DNA of 64,000 nt from Macrostomum lignano (Eukaryota). The first letter of the stretch is position 1, and each line of letters opens with the position of its first letter. Shown here piece after piece: positions 1-12,351 of the stretch. The stretch covers positions 62,001 through 126,000 of the forward strand of contig NIVC01001424.1 of NCBI GenBank assembly GCA_002269645.1, written 5' to 3'. The position numbers and the translations under genes were made by a program. Below the pieces are notes generated by a model, which ran no database searches, was not told the DNA's origin, and saw only the letters and a list, made by a program, of their open reading frames with translations.

Positions 1-731
1 TTTTTTTCCTTTCTGCAAGTGGAAGCAACCGTGATTGATTGGATCAGTTACAGCTCTGGCCCAAATCTTATGTTACTGGGACTCTGATAACTGCTGGACT
101 TGCTCCCAATGAAACTAGATCAGGTAAGCCTGAAATTCAACGCTACCCACGGTTCGAGCAATAAGTTGCTGGGTTAATTTAATTAACGAAAGTTTCTAGT
201 GGTCCTCGGGCTTGGCTTTCCTAGAAGAAACGAGTCGAAATTCAGCTGCGGAATGAACACCCGGTCAGGGAGATGTCAAATATATTTGGTTGGTTTCTTG
301 ACCTAACAAACGTAAAGCGTAATTTTAGCTTTATTGGGTCACTGTCTTTAAGACTTCAATTCAATATCACCCATTGAACTTAATGCATAGCTTGTAGGCT
401 CGTAGGCTACCATTTTTTTATTTTTTCAAGCGTAAATCAGGGAGCAGCGACGAATAACGGTGGAAAGTTTGGGTGCTACTTTACACTAACAAAACAACGG
501 CAAGACAGAGACAGCATGGAGAGATTTAAGCCACATATAGCCTGCAAAGAGGTTAGCAGAGCAGAAAAAAACAAGAAAGACAGCAGACTTTCTTGACAGC
601 TCAAACAGCTCTCACAGACAGCGAGACACGCTTAAGTGTCAAAACGACAGTCAAAACCAATTAACACCTTCAGCAACCGGCCAGTGAAGTATGCAGAAAA
701 AATGATAGAACTGCCTAGAAAAAACTATCTA

Positions 732-1294
732 TACTCAGTAACAGTCCAAAGTTCCACCCTCCAAATGGGATGATTTTTTCTCACTTACTGAAAGTGACGC
801 GAAACTTATTGCCACTTGGAGGTTGTCCAGGATGACAACGCGCCGCCACACCTGAACTGAAGAAAAGAGCTACAGCTGCGCACTCTGCGCTGGCCTTCAT
901 GCAGAGTTCCCAGACATGAATCCCATTGAGCATGTCTGAGACTTCCTAAATCGAAAAGAGAATCCACTGCAGAATGTTGCGTAGCTTGGCAGCAGCTTCC
1001 CCAGGACTTTCTTCGCCCCCTCATCCTGGGGATGCCCTGCAGAGTCGCCTCACTTTTTCGTGCAAGGGGATCCCGCACGAGTTATTAAGCATCGCGATTC
1101 TAACTGCATATTTCGTAAAAAATAAATTGTTATAATTTTTCCACTGACGTTTATTATTGATTCATCAGCTTTCCCTTCTTCGCGGCGGCTTAGCTACGTA
1201 ACTTCAGAGTTGAATTGTGAGTGAGAAGTTGTCGCAATAAGTCAGAAAATTTTCATCTCTTCTGGAGGGTGGAACTTTTGACTGTTGTTGAGTA
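732..1294 (+). mobile_element. Internally deleted Tc1-family DNA transposon with a decayed catalytic C-terminus
   Basis: Imperfect ~45-bp terminal inverted repeats (tactcagtaacagtccaaagttccaccctcc / ggagggtggaacttttgactgttgttgagta) flanked by TA. The plus strand at ~822-1089 reads VVQDDNAPPH...LRWPS..PDMNPIEHV*DFLNRK...LILGMPCRVASLFRARGSRTSY*, which are Tc1 DD34E motifs with stops and frameshifts. Confidence 0.8.
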
Positions 1295-1385
1295 TATCTG
1301 AATTCTATCTAATAAGATTTTAATATTTACGAGTACATTATACATTAAATCACGTCTTAATTTTCTCAATCGACAAGGGTAAAAA

Positions 1386-1815
1386 TTATGGACAAGTTTT
1401 TAACTTTTCAAGGACTGACATTTCTTGCAGCAACACCGAGTTTCGCTTGGAGCCTCCGCACTTCTGCAGCAAATTTTCTGAGCACGTGTGGCTGCAGTCG
1501 CTGTCATTGGCTTTGCCATAGTTTCCATGAGAGTGACTGCAGAAGCACTCGATTTTTTTGCAGACCAAAGTACGGAAAGCTGCCAAGAGAGCAGATGGCG
1601 CCACAGAACTCATGCGAAGCTTCACTACCAGTGTTTACAAATCCTGTGACACTGACGGCAAAGTCTCCAATTGAGCTCATTCCTTCGAGCCCGTTTAAGT
1701 CTCTTGACGCAGGCTTGTCGATATAGCAACCCAAGTAGGTAAAGCGAGCCAAACCGAAAGTCACTGTGGTCAGGACGGCACAGTAGAATACGAAAATTAC
1801 CGTTAAATGCGGCAT
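1386..1815 (-). pseudogene. WSC-domain secreted protein paralog G1 (frameshifted; no PAN exon found)
   Basis: Signal peptide MPHLTVIFVFYCAVLTTVTFG, then YLGCYID..RDLNGL...FCGAICSLGSFPYFGLQ. The frame shifts in an A7 run (~1553-1559) and continues ECFCSHSHG...DCSHTCSENLLQKCGG. The conserved YPG|GT donor is absent. Confidence 0.75.
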
Positions 1816-1974
1816 GCCAAGATTTCGATGATTTCACTGCTTGAGAATCACGTCGTCACTTGATTTATCGAAAAGCAGTGGGAGCCAATTACCAGCGGTT
1901 TTGTAGTCCTGAATGTACAGTAATTACTGTCGGAACTGCAGCTGGTCCAATGAAATCCGTCCAACTGTCTATCT

Positions 1975-2369
<395 letters not shown>

Positions 2370-3079
2370 GCGGTTACGAGTGGCACCGGAGCGGTTACGA
2401 AAATTAGATTTCTCGGTAGTTGCACGCACTCTTTTGCACTACTTGAGTAGTCTGATTTTCGTTCTTCATGGCTGGTTCCAGCAGGTAGTTCCTCTGGATA
2501 AAAGCGCTTACCGTGCCCATTGGCTTTCCAGCTGCCTTAATCGTTTCCGGTGATCTTGTGTGCGTGCTTTTAGCTTGATTGGCTGCGGCAAGCAAGCTCG
2601 AAAGAGCTCGCTTCGCTCGCCCTTTCTCGCTATCTACTATCTATCTATCTATGTTCTATGTATTCCGTGTACTGCACGTAGAGCACTGCCATATTGTTAT
2701 AGTTAAGTTAAGAAAAATTAACCAACCACAAAGATTGAGTCATTCAGGTTCAAATCCAGTAGAACAGAAGTCAGACCAACCCATTGACGAACTTTCATTT
2801 TCACTTTCTTCATTGAATGCTTTCCTTTATTATTCTGGTTTCCACAAGTTGAGCATTTTTGGGGCTGAACCTGTAAATCGTACAAATTGCCCTGGAGGGC
2901 CTGTGCAGGTTTCCGGACTTCAATACATTCTTCTCTCCAAGATTTTACCTTGATAAACTTGCAAATCAGAAAGTGAAACAAAAAAGACATGCATATTGTA
3001 AACTTCTGACGATACTGTGAGTCCTTGTCTAGTATGCTTTATTAGTCCTTGGTCAGCTCTTGACTTCGCCTGCGTGTTG

Positions 3080-3240
3080 TAGCCTATTGCTTAGAGCGTC
3101 GGACTCATGACTAAAAGGTTGGAGGTTCGATTTTCGACCCACTCGGAGCAATTTGTGTCCTTGAGCAAGACTCTTAAATCAGCATTGCTTCAGTTCACAC
3201 AGCTGTAAAATGGGCGCCAGCATTAGCTGGGGTAATTGAG
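3080..3240 (+). mobile_element. tRNA-derived SINE
   Basis: A-box-like tagcctattgcttagagcg and B-box-like ggttcgattttc, followed by the body aatttgtgtccttgagcaagac...cttcagttcac. A second copy lies in reverse at ~52990-53125. Confidence 0.7.
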
Positions 3241-3849
3241 GGTGTTTCCTGGGACCCCCCTCCAGTCCTTCAGTTGCCAAGCCTTCATAGACTTTGATGC
3301 CAAAGCTCACAGGTGATGCTGACATCTTGGACTCCATAGCTGAATTTTTGAGCTGATGCTTTGCTCTAGACATCAGTTTCCTGAGGATACTACCAAATAG
3401 CAACCTAAATGGTCAAAACCAAAATTTAGTTGATTAAAAAATTATATTGCTTTCTTAAATTGTTGCCTCCCAACAGGGGACGGCGCAGATTGCTAGCGGG
3501 AGGCTACACAGGGGGTTTGTTCCAGCGGCCCAGGCTCGATTCCAAATGCAGTCACATTGGAATCTTGGCTTGGCTCTGCTCGTGCAATTAACGTCCTTGC
3601 GGGCCAACCCCCGAGGCATACTGCATCCTAACGATAATAAAGTTCTGTGTGAGTGCATATGTGCCTCTGCGTATGACTGCGTACGTATCCGCGTGTTGCC
3701 TTTTCTGCATTGGAAAAATGGAGAATTTCCTGCAAAGCTTCGCTAGGGTTTCTCAAATTTTGACAATTCATTTCACTTTCTTGAAAAAAGTATACCCAAT
3801 ATTAATTTTTATATTCTCCACCAGTCTCTAAATTTACTTTGTAGAAGCC

Positions 3850-4200
3850 ACGCAACTTTATCCAGAAATGTAGAGAGAGAATTGTGCAACTACCTTTAGA
3901 TTCATTTGTTCCCATTCTACTGTAAACCAGGTCGGGCTTCATTATTTGAGCCAAATTCAGATCCGGTTGTGAAACTTAATAAGAAATCAACATGCAACAG
4001 CGACTTGTGTGAGAGTTTGCATTCGGCCATCATCGGGTTTGGTGCGACATGTAAACATTTATCTTGGCAACTGGAAACTCTGATATTTAACGCTGATTTA
4101 GTCGGGGCTAACAAAAAGTTTTCCCAGCGAGTTCAGTTTTCATTGAACTCTAAAAAAATGAAGGATTTGTCTTTTATCAAAATTAAAACTAGTCTGCTAA
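3850..4200. repeat. Diverged direct duplication of the sequence downstream of WSC paralogs (partner ~8885-9130)
   Basis: Shared blocks ctttatccagaaatgtagaga, aattcagatccggt.gtgaaact, aagaaatcaacatg and aaacatttatcttggcaact. A second shared block pairs ~4600-4730 with ~9370-9500. Confidence 0.7.
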
Positions 4201-5041
4201 ATCGTCTGAACAGCACTGCAGGGGCTCTGCGAAATGCTTTGGCTCATGGTGGGAATAGCTGAGATGTCAAGGGGGACATTGCTGAAATGCTGTGGCTCAT
4301 AGGGGGAGGAGTTGCTCAGATGCCGAGGGTTAATTTGGAATTTTTGGTATTCCTTTATTTGTTGCCTCCCCAAACAAAAATGAAGGCGCCGATTGATAGT
4401 ATCTTCTATTTGCTGATTGAGAAAGGGTTTTGGGTAGATGAAGGAAACTTTTTTGGCTCATGAAATTTTTATTCATGGCAACTTGGCGTCATTTTTAAGG
4501 CCCCCCAGCGGGGGGCTAAATGGCTAGTCTAAATTTCTAAATCTTTCCGGGTGATGCATTGTCAGTGTTACATGTAGAATTATAGGTGCTAAAAAACTTA
4601 AACCTTTGCAATGATCAGTTTCAGGCTGAACTACAATTAGTCTATGGTTCAAATGCTCCACTACAGCTCTTATAATTTTTGTCTATGGTAAATTCGCCAA
4701 TATGACGACTCTTCGTGTTGTTTTATCCGATTTTATTCAGGCTTGTCAGTTTGAACAAGCAGTGACAGTGGGAAAAACCTCGAAATTAACAAAACTTCAT
4801 GGCTTTGAAGTTACGAGGGTATTTTTGGAGCTTACTTGTACTGTGTTACTTGAGGAGTAGTTTGCTGGGAGTACATGTAGTTTAAAGTGGAAAACTTCTA
4901 AAAAATTAATTTCTAAATTAAAACCTTATTGTTTCAAAGCCAATTTAAAAACAATTATCTTCCCTTCCATCTGAAAAATTAGCTAGAAGTTTTGGTTTCT
5001 TTTTCACATCGGATCGATAGCCTGGCAGGATAAAAAGTCAG

Positions 5042-5735
5042 TCAGCAACGCACGAAGTAGTCTCCATCGGTGCTGCTCAGACTGGCAGGCGGGTAGGCGA
5101 ACCTCAGCAGGTGGCACAGACGCTGCTGGCCAGAGAAAATCGCAGCCTGGCAGTCAGCTGAGGCCTCGCACAGCCCCATGCACTCGATGTCGGTTCGCGC
5201 AGCGCTGGTCCAGTAGGTGCTCTGGGTGGACTCCACCGTCTGGTTGGGCATCTGCGACTGCTTGAAATACTTTTTATCTGTAAAAATACAAACTTGGCAA
5301 AAATTTGTTTGAAAATTCTTTAAAAATTGTAGAAGGCCCACCTGGGTAGGCCAAAGCGAACATGGAGTTGCGCCACCGACCCCCACATTTAGCAGCTCCG
5401 TTCCCAGTGCAGACGCGGTTGCAGTCGGTCTCGCTAGCAGCTCCCAGAGATCCGTAGGAGGTGCCGCAGGAGCAAAACAGACCGAACTGCACCCCGAAGT
5501 ACGGGAAGCCGCCGAGAGAGCAGACGCTGCTGCAGAGCTCATTCGTCATACTGGCGCTTCTCACCCCAAGACTGTCAGTGCTAAACTGTCCAATTCTGCT
5601 CACTCCAGTGAGTCCTCTCAGGTCTCTGCCTCGATTGTCCACAAAGCAGCCAATGTAGGACACCTGAGTTACTCTATTGGCGGCACAAAGCACCTTGACG
5701 GCGAGACCCACAATGCAGACGAAAGTCTTGAGCAT
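5042..5735 (-). CDS. Secreted WSC + PAN/Apple-like protein G2 (2 exons: 5735-5342, 5277-5042; ~209 aa)
   Basis: Signal peptide; WSC Cys pattern (GCFVD..LCSSVCSLGGFPYFGVQFGLFCSCG..DCNRVCTGNGAAKCGG). A 64-nt phase-1 GT-AG intron joins in frame to DKKYFKQSQ...ECMGLCEASADCQAAIF..QRLCHLL. Confidence 0.88.
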
Positions 5736-6978
5736 TGCTACTTGAGTAGCTGGGATTTTAGTTCTGCCGTTGGTCTTACTAGTGCAGTAGGCGATAAAAG
5801 CTGTGTTTGTCTGCTTTTATAGCAGTTTTTAGAGACAATCTGGTTGGTTAAAAGCCAGTAAACTAATGAGCTCAATGTACTACTTAAAGTGGCATATCTA
5901 TAAATTGATATTGATGGTAGTTTTAACTTCAGTTGATGAGATTCTCTGACCATCAGGTTCAAGCAGTGGCTTTTGATTCTCGCAAGTAAAATACAATGCT
6001 TTTTTCGTTTGTGTTTCGTCCAAATGAACGATTCAAGAAACAACTTGATGCAATAACTAAAAAGAGCAATGGTAGATTGTATAGTATGCAACTGAGTTGA
6101 ATAATGGCCAAAACTCGAGTGCGCGTAGCGCACGAGTGTCTATGGCCATTATTCAACGAAGTTTACTATACAAGTGCATTGTATTGATACTTTCACTCAG
6201 CGCTCAGTCATTATTCCACACTTTTGCGGCATTATTCCACACTTTTGTCGCTGTCATTATTCCACACTTTTTATCATGCTTCGTTTGGCTGTTTTAAGAG
6301 TTGTTTTACCCATAGACGACTGAGTTGTGTGGCTTAGTTTGACCATAGACAACACTGTGATGAGTGCTGATTTTGCTTGGGTCTTGCAAGAAATCAGGAA
6401 AGCGAGTAGTGGGAGAAAAAGCTATTTGTCTTGTCAAACAACTATGGCTCTAGTGCATCTCGTCAAACAGCCGCGCTTATTAATTGAAAAAATCTTCCTG
6501 TCGACGACTGAACGAACCATGCGGCGCTACCTAGGAAGAAAACGCGACCATGCAGTCTTCAACGCCTCGACGGCTATAAACGATGCCTGAAAGCGGCCAA
6601 TCGATTCAGTCGAGCAGCCGACAGTCCCAAAGAATCCCAGCTTGGATACTGCGGTACCAAAGAAGCTCATCAGACGAAGCTCATCAGTCGCATGCCAACT
6701 AAACCAAGACGTGCATCTTCAAATGGTAAGTTCGGCAACTATACTTGAGCACCTGTATTCCTCTTTCATAGAAAACATTCAACATAGACCAACTCCTTTT
6801 GCAGTGCCAAATCATCAGGCTAAAGTGTCGAGCATCTTTGGAAACTGAACTGCGGCTTTGAGAACTGTGCATGTTTCACTTTGGGTGACAAATTGATTTT
6901 TACATTGTCAAATTTCGACTACAAACTGATGAACTGCACTAGCTGTGACATTTATTATTAACTCTTTTCGTGTAGCTG

Positions 6979-7542
6979 GTATCGCTTTTGACGCTCTAGA
7001 TAAGACTTTAGACATTCAAAATAAGACTGCATAGGATCGCAAGCAAGGCCAGGCTAGCCACGGCCAGAGCAAGCCCAGTCTTGGCTGCAGGGATGGCTTG
7101 GCCATAGACTAAAAAATGGAATATCAAAATGAGAATAAGACGCTCAATATGAGACTGAGTGTGAAAGCCTTCAGATATCGCTCTAACCCTCTGACCCTCA
7201 GCCAGCTCTCCTTCTTCACCCCTTGGGTTGCATCTGACCCCTTGAATTTCACTGTGATGGCACCATCGATTCGATATGCTATTCTGCTTCTTGTTTATTG
7301 CCTAATTTCTCCTTAGCTGTTTGTATGCTGACTGCCAAAAAGCAAATAAATTACGTTCACTCCCGGTCTCATATTGAGCGTCTTATTCTCATTTTGATAT
7401 TCCATTTTTTAGTCTATGGCCAAGCCATCCCTGCAGCCAAGACTGGGCTTGCTCTGGCCGTGGCTAGCCTGGCCTTGCTTGCGATCCTATGCAGTCTTAT
7501 TTTGAATGTCTAAAGTCTTATCTAGAGCGTCAAAAGCGATAC
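6979..7542. mobile_element. Foldback/MITE-like element with ~177-bp near-perfect inverted arms
   Basis: 6979-7155 is the reverse complement of 7366-7542, around a ~210-bp spacer. No coding capacity recognised. Confidence 0.85.
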
Positions 7543-7680
7543 TTTATTTTAATGATTTTTCCTTTTTGTTCATTTACTTCTTGTTGTTCTGTATTTATTA
7601 ACAAAAATACTGAGCGATGGATTTTTTCAATCCAAATGTCTATGGTACACATCAAAACTGTGGAATAATGGTATATTCTT

Positions 7681-7747
7681 CTGCAGTCGGGGTGCATGAT
7701 ATTGGTATAACACGCGTTATTCCAATATCATGCAACCCCGACTGCAG
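7681..7747. other. ~67-bp near-perfect hairpin
   Basis: ctgcagtcggggtgcatgatattggtataac-acgc-gttattccaatatcatgcaaccccgactgcag; one mismatch and one bulge. Confidence 0.85.
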
Positions 7748-7959
7748 ATGAGTGCATTGACTAGCGTTTCCCTATAGGCTAGCAGTCTATGGTCAAGAAA
7801 GACAATAACACGCAGTCTCGTAAGAAGTCTCTTTGGCCATAGACAATTTGAACAGAACAGTCATTTAAGCGAGCATCAGTAATAACTGTTTGCTGCGAGA
7901 TATAAAGCTTGGGCAAATGCTACTTGAGTATGCAGAACTAAATTAATTAAAAGCGAGAC

Positions 7960-8328
7960 ATGTCTACATCTACTAAACTTCTACCGCCGTTACTTAACTA
8001 CAACGCTCTGCCGACGGATGAGATTAGTGGCGTCAGTGATGTAGAGTTAAACGTAATTACGAGACTTTCGTCGAACGGCGATGAATGTCGGGAGCTTATC
8101 GACGACTTCATGAGCTTCATCGCAAATGACACCGAACAACTTGACAATTTAGAGGAGTTCGAAGAACAACTAACTGCTTGTGGCGATCTGAGTGCTGAGT
8201 TGCTCCAGTTAGATGGCATCGAGATCGAAGGACTGCCCGCGAGCACCAGGCGCCAAATGGAAGAGAACGGTAAACGTTTTTTCGAATTTTGTATGAATAG
8301 AAACCTACGCACCGACTGCCTCTGGTGA
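7960..8328 (+). CDS. Acidic 122-aa ORF of unknown function, possibly a transposon-protein fragment
   Basis: True ATG start and a strongly D/E-biased composition. The C-terminal PASTRRQMEENGKRFFEFCMNRN loosely recalls the N-terminal helix of Crypton/DUF3504-type proteins (weak). Confidence 0.35.
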   Translation: MSTSTKLLPPLLNYNALPTDEISGVSDVELNVITRLSSNGDECRELIDDFMSFIANDTEQLDNLEEFEEQLTACGDLSAELLQLDGIEIEGLPASTRRQMEENGKRFFEFCMNRNLRTDCLW

Positions 8329-9666
8329 ACAGGCCTCTGGTTCCGGCTTGTGTGCTGCTGAAAAATTTGATAAACCTACCGCCTGCACATCCGTGTTGAC
8401 TGTCGCCAGCAGCAGTGTCGCTACGGTATCGTACAACAAACCTGTTCAAATCCAAGCTAGCCCGGCAAAAAAAATGCGTGTCAATATCGATGGCAGTAAT
8501 AATTTGATATGTATTGAATTTGAGTAACGACTTTTTTGACAAGGATTTTAAACAATTTGTTGCTCGAAAAGGCTATTAACAAAAAACGTTTAATTGTGTT
8601 AAATACGTTTTTTTAACTCCGTATCGTTTGCACGTTTGTCAGTTTTTCGTTATTATGAAATAAAAACCATAGACTATAACTTGCATACATGTCGACTTTT
8701 TATCTATGGACAATAACACGCAAGTGTGGACAATAACACGCATCCCAAATGCGTGTTAATGGGTAGCGAAATGCTTGTCAATGGCCAAAATATTTTTTCA
8801 TTGCGTCTGGGTAAAAGTATAATTACAATGAGACAGCAATGATTTACATTGTAGGACCTGATCTGTATGCTGCAGTGCACGCCCACGCAGCTTTATCCAG
8901 AAATGTAGAGAAAGTGTGCAAATCATGTTTGAGTAATTTTTCCTATATAAACCCAAGTAAGGCTTCGCTATTTGAGCAAAATTCAGATCCGGTCGTGAAA
9001 CTCGAATAAGAAATCAACATGTAGCAGCAGCTCTACTTGTGAGAGTTCGCATCCGACCTCGGGGTTGGTGCGATTTGCAAACATTTATCTTGGCAACTGC
9101 AAACTCTGGTACGAATATCGCAAGGGGGGAGTTGCTGAGATTCCTCCATTTTTTAGCACACTTCTATATGAATAGAAACTGTACAAGGTCAAAATCTGCA
9201 TGTAGTTTATTCAAACATTTTATTCCTTTCTTTGTTGACTCCCTAACACAGGAAGGCAGATTGCTAGTATCTTCTATAAGCTTTCTTTAATCTTTTAGAA
9301 GACGATTGAACAGAAAATTTCAAAAATTCAGAAGGTGATTTAGCTACTCGTACATGTAGCTAGTAGGTGCTAAACAACTTAAATCTCTGCGATTATCAAT
9401 TTCAGACTTTATTTCAATCAGTCTATGGTTCAAAGGCTCCGCACTGCTGTTATAATTTCTTGTCTATGGTAAATTCACAAATATGGCGACTCTTCCTGTT
9501 GTTTTATCCATGAATGATTTGGTCAAATCTGAACCAATCTGCACCAACCACACCAATTTAAATAAAGAAAAAAGCAAATCACGTTTAAGTTTAATCAAGT
9601 GTAAGTTTGTTTTAGGCTTAATTTTATCAGCATTATTGTCCAATGTTTATCGAGTACGAGTCCCTA

Positions 9667-10416
9667 CTATGAAGCCATCAAGCGCGGGGGGAAGAACTCC
9701 CCAGTCACGTTCGCCAGAGACGGCGGCACTCCAGCAAACGGCAGCAGGTAGCACAGGCGCTGATGCTGGTTGGTTGTGCTGCACTCATTCAGGCAGGTCA
9801 TCAGACTGCATGCCGCGGTAAGCCGGTCGAGGGAAAGAATCTCAGACAGTGAAGCTGGCGCGATGCACAGCGACGTTGAAGCTCGACGTTGAAGCTTTTC
9901 ATTGCTGAAAAGTGGCAGTATACTGGTAGTTCTTGTATAGTAATTATATATTCTGTAACAGTTCTTGACAATCTTGAGAGAAGACATTGGACGAAGCAAA
10001 ATATTTACAATGCTATAAGCGATTCTTGGATCTGGTCCGCCGCAGATGTCGCTCGATTGACTGGCGCAGTTCACGAAGCATTGGTCTGTGCTGGCCGCTC
10101 CTTGCGAGCCGTACGAGAGCCCGCAGTAGCACTCCTTGCCGAACTGCACGCCGAAGTACGGGAAGCCGCCCAGAGAGCAGATGCGGCTGCACAGTTCCAG
10201 AGTCATGGACGTGTTGGAGACGCGGCCGGTGGAGTGCACGGAAAACTCGGCCAGGCTCTGCACTCCCCGCAGTCCGTGAAGGTCCCTGGCACCGTCTCTC
10301 GCGTCTACGCAGCATCCGAGATATTCAAATCGGGCGAGTCTCCTAGCAGCGCACAGAAGCAAGAGGCACAGGGACAGCGCCATGAAAATCAATTGCGAGT
10401 TTCCCAGTGCCTTCAT
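9667..10416 (-). CDS. WSC + degenerate PAN-like protein G3 (divergent paralog, possibly decaying)
   Basis: MKALGNSQLIFMALSLCLLLLC signal, a full WSC Cys set, then TCLNECSTTNQHQRLCYLLPFAGVPPSLANVTGEFF (PAN-like, with a ~8-codon deletion that removes one Cys). The intron-equivalent region stays in frame; exact splice sites are uncertain. Confidence 0.7.
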   Translation of the reverse strand: MKALGNSQLIFMALSLCLLLLCAARRLARFEYLGCCVDARDGARDLHGLRGVQSLAEFSVHSTGRVSNTSMTLELCSRICSLGGFPYFGVQFGKECYCGLSYGSQGAASTDQCFVNCASQSSDICGGPDPRIAYSIVNILLRPMSSLKIVKNCYRIYNYYTRTTSILPLFSNEKLQRRASTSLCIAPASLSEILSLDRLTAACSLMTCLNECSTTNQHQRLCYLLPFAGVPPSLANVTGEFFPPRLMAS

Positions 10417-12351
10417 GGTCTCCAGCGACAAGCAGCAGTGCTGCGTTTTGTCCTGTTTCTCTGGAGAAGCTTCTGTCAAATCAGCTCGGGAGTGAAGCGA
10501 ATTTATCCCCAACAGCCGAATGAGTGAAAGACCACGGTAAACAACTCAAACCTACTGGCTGACGAGTTCGTTAATCCAAATGGATGGTAAAAAAGTCACT
10601 TACGAAAAACAAAAGGAGACAATTCTGATAGAATTAATTTGCATATCTACTAATAAAGGACTGATTATAATATTTGCTGCATGTTTTTAGTTAAGTAACC
10701 TAAAAGCCGGAGGTTTGCATTCCAATCGATTAGCTCGCATGGCGGCCTCTCAGACGCGTCAATATCTTTCCCAAGCTCCAGATGCTTGTATTCCACTCTA
10801 GTAGCTCGAATGACTGCCTCTCAGGTGCGTTAATGTATTTCTCAAGCTCCAGAACCTTGATGCCAATTAAAATGGAGTGTGCTATTCATCGCATTCAGCT
10901 GACTTGCAGAACTTTTTTTTGTAATTCTAAAGCAGCTCATAATGAAAGCTCGCTCTGGAAGAGTGACTATCGAAATGAAGCCAACGCTTCAAAGTCCAGA
11001 ACTTTTTATCCTTAGTGGACTCTTGAGTATAGCAAATTATAGGCTGAGCCCATTTGAGTGTGAGAAGTCGTTTCGACAGAGTTGCATTCGAAGCACCTTT
11101 TATCGAGGGAGCACTTTAATCATCTTTCATCATTTTGGATTTCGGTTGAAGTTCGGTTGCGAGCATATAGCGCACACTGATAACAATACGAGCGTAATGT
11201 AGCAAATTGTACACATCATGCGACGGCCATGGACACAGGCACAGCACATGACAAGACTATAGAGAGCAACTTCATTCTAATTGAAACTAAGAGAAACACA
11301 CTGGAAAATCACGTGATTTGATATTTCAGTTTTTTGGGGTCCTGTTGTCTTATGCTTGTCTTACGTTCTCGTTATCCTATTCTCTTGATCGCTTGAAGAA
11401 ATCTTGTTTTCTTTATCTATATTGTTCGCTAGCTCCCTCAAGTAGGTCCGACTTTGACTTGTGATAGCAGTATTGCTTCCATATTTTCAATCCAAAGCCT
11501 ATTAAATAGAAAAAAGATGCACCTCCCGAGTTTTTAGTCTCTACTGTATACGCTTATAATTGGTAATTTGGCCCATAGAAACGCAATCTGAAATCAATCT
11601 TTAGGCCTTAGACAGCAAATCTGAGAGCTAAGAGTATAAACATTGATATAACCGCAATGTGACGCAGTCCAGTGTCCTTCAGGCCATAGACAGCAAATCT
11701 GAGAGCTAAGAGTATAAACATGATATGCGACGCAGTCCAGTGTCGATGGGAATCACAGTTTTTAATTTATTGGAAAATTTCATGGCCAGTCCAGAAAATC
11801 AACCAGTTAAAAAACGTGAATAAAAAAGTTAAAACGCGTCAATTCCGAATCAGCAACTTGCAGCCAGAAATTAATCATGGAAACAGGGAGTCAGAGTAAA
11901 GTCAAAGTTTATTCGAATTTCAAGAGACTCATATTCTGCCTCTTCACAGCACTTTTGACCGATTTGACAGCTTAACATATGGAGGCTGAAAATTTCCAAG
12001 TTTGGAAAGCAAACTTGTTAATTCCACGTTGAATTGAAATTGCCAGAAACTATGGTACGATGTAAGTCTAATAAATTTGCTGTTTGAGATTGGGGTTAGT
12101 TTAATATGGTACGATATGACATAGGTCCCCTTCTGTCTGAGGAACAGTGAATCTGCATCAAGGACCACTGTCAGTAGAACATTCAGCTTCATCTGAATAG
12201 ATAGGTCCAAAAATCATCTTAACACCTCTAAGATATTTTACTAAATTGATTGAAGCCTTTAAAATATTTTGGGTGCAATGGTAACCTTGTTTTAGCATTA
12301 GTTTCAGCCCGAATTCGGCTCCAATTTCGAATCAACGTCTTTTCCAGAGAC

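Noticed and set aside
806-1078. Minus-strand ORF as the missing PAN exon of G1
   Set aside because: The plus strand carries clear Tc1 transposase motifs inside TIRs; the Cys pattern on the minus strand is coincidental.
3080-3150. Functional tRNA gene
   Set aside because: The cloverleaf is degenerate, it continues into a SINE body, and a diverged second copy exists.
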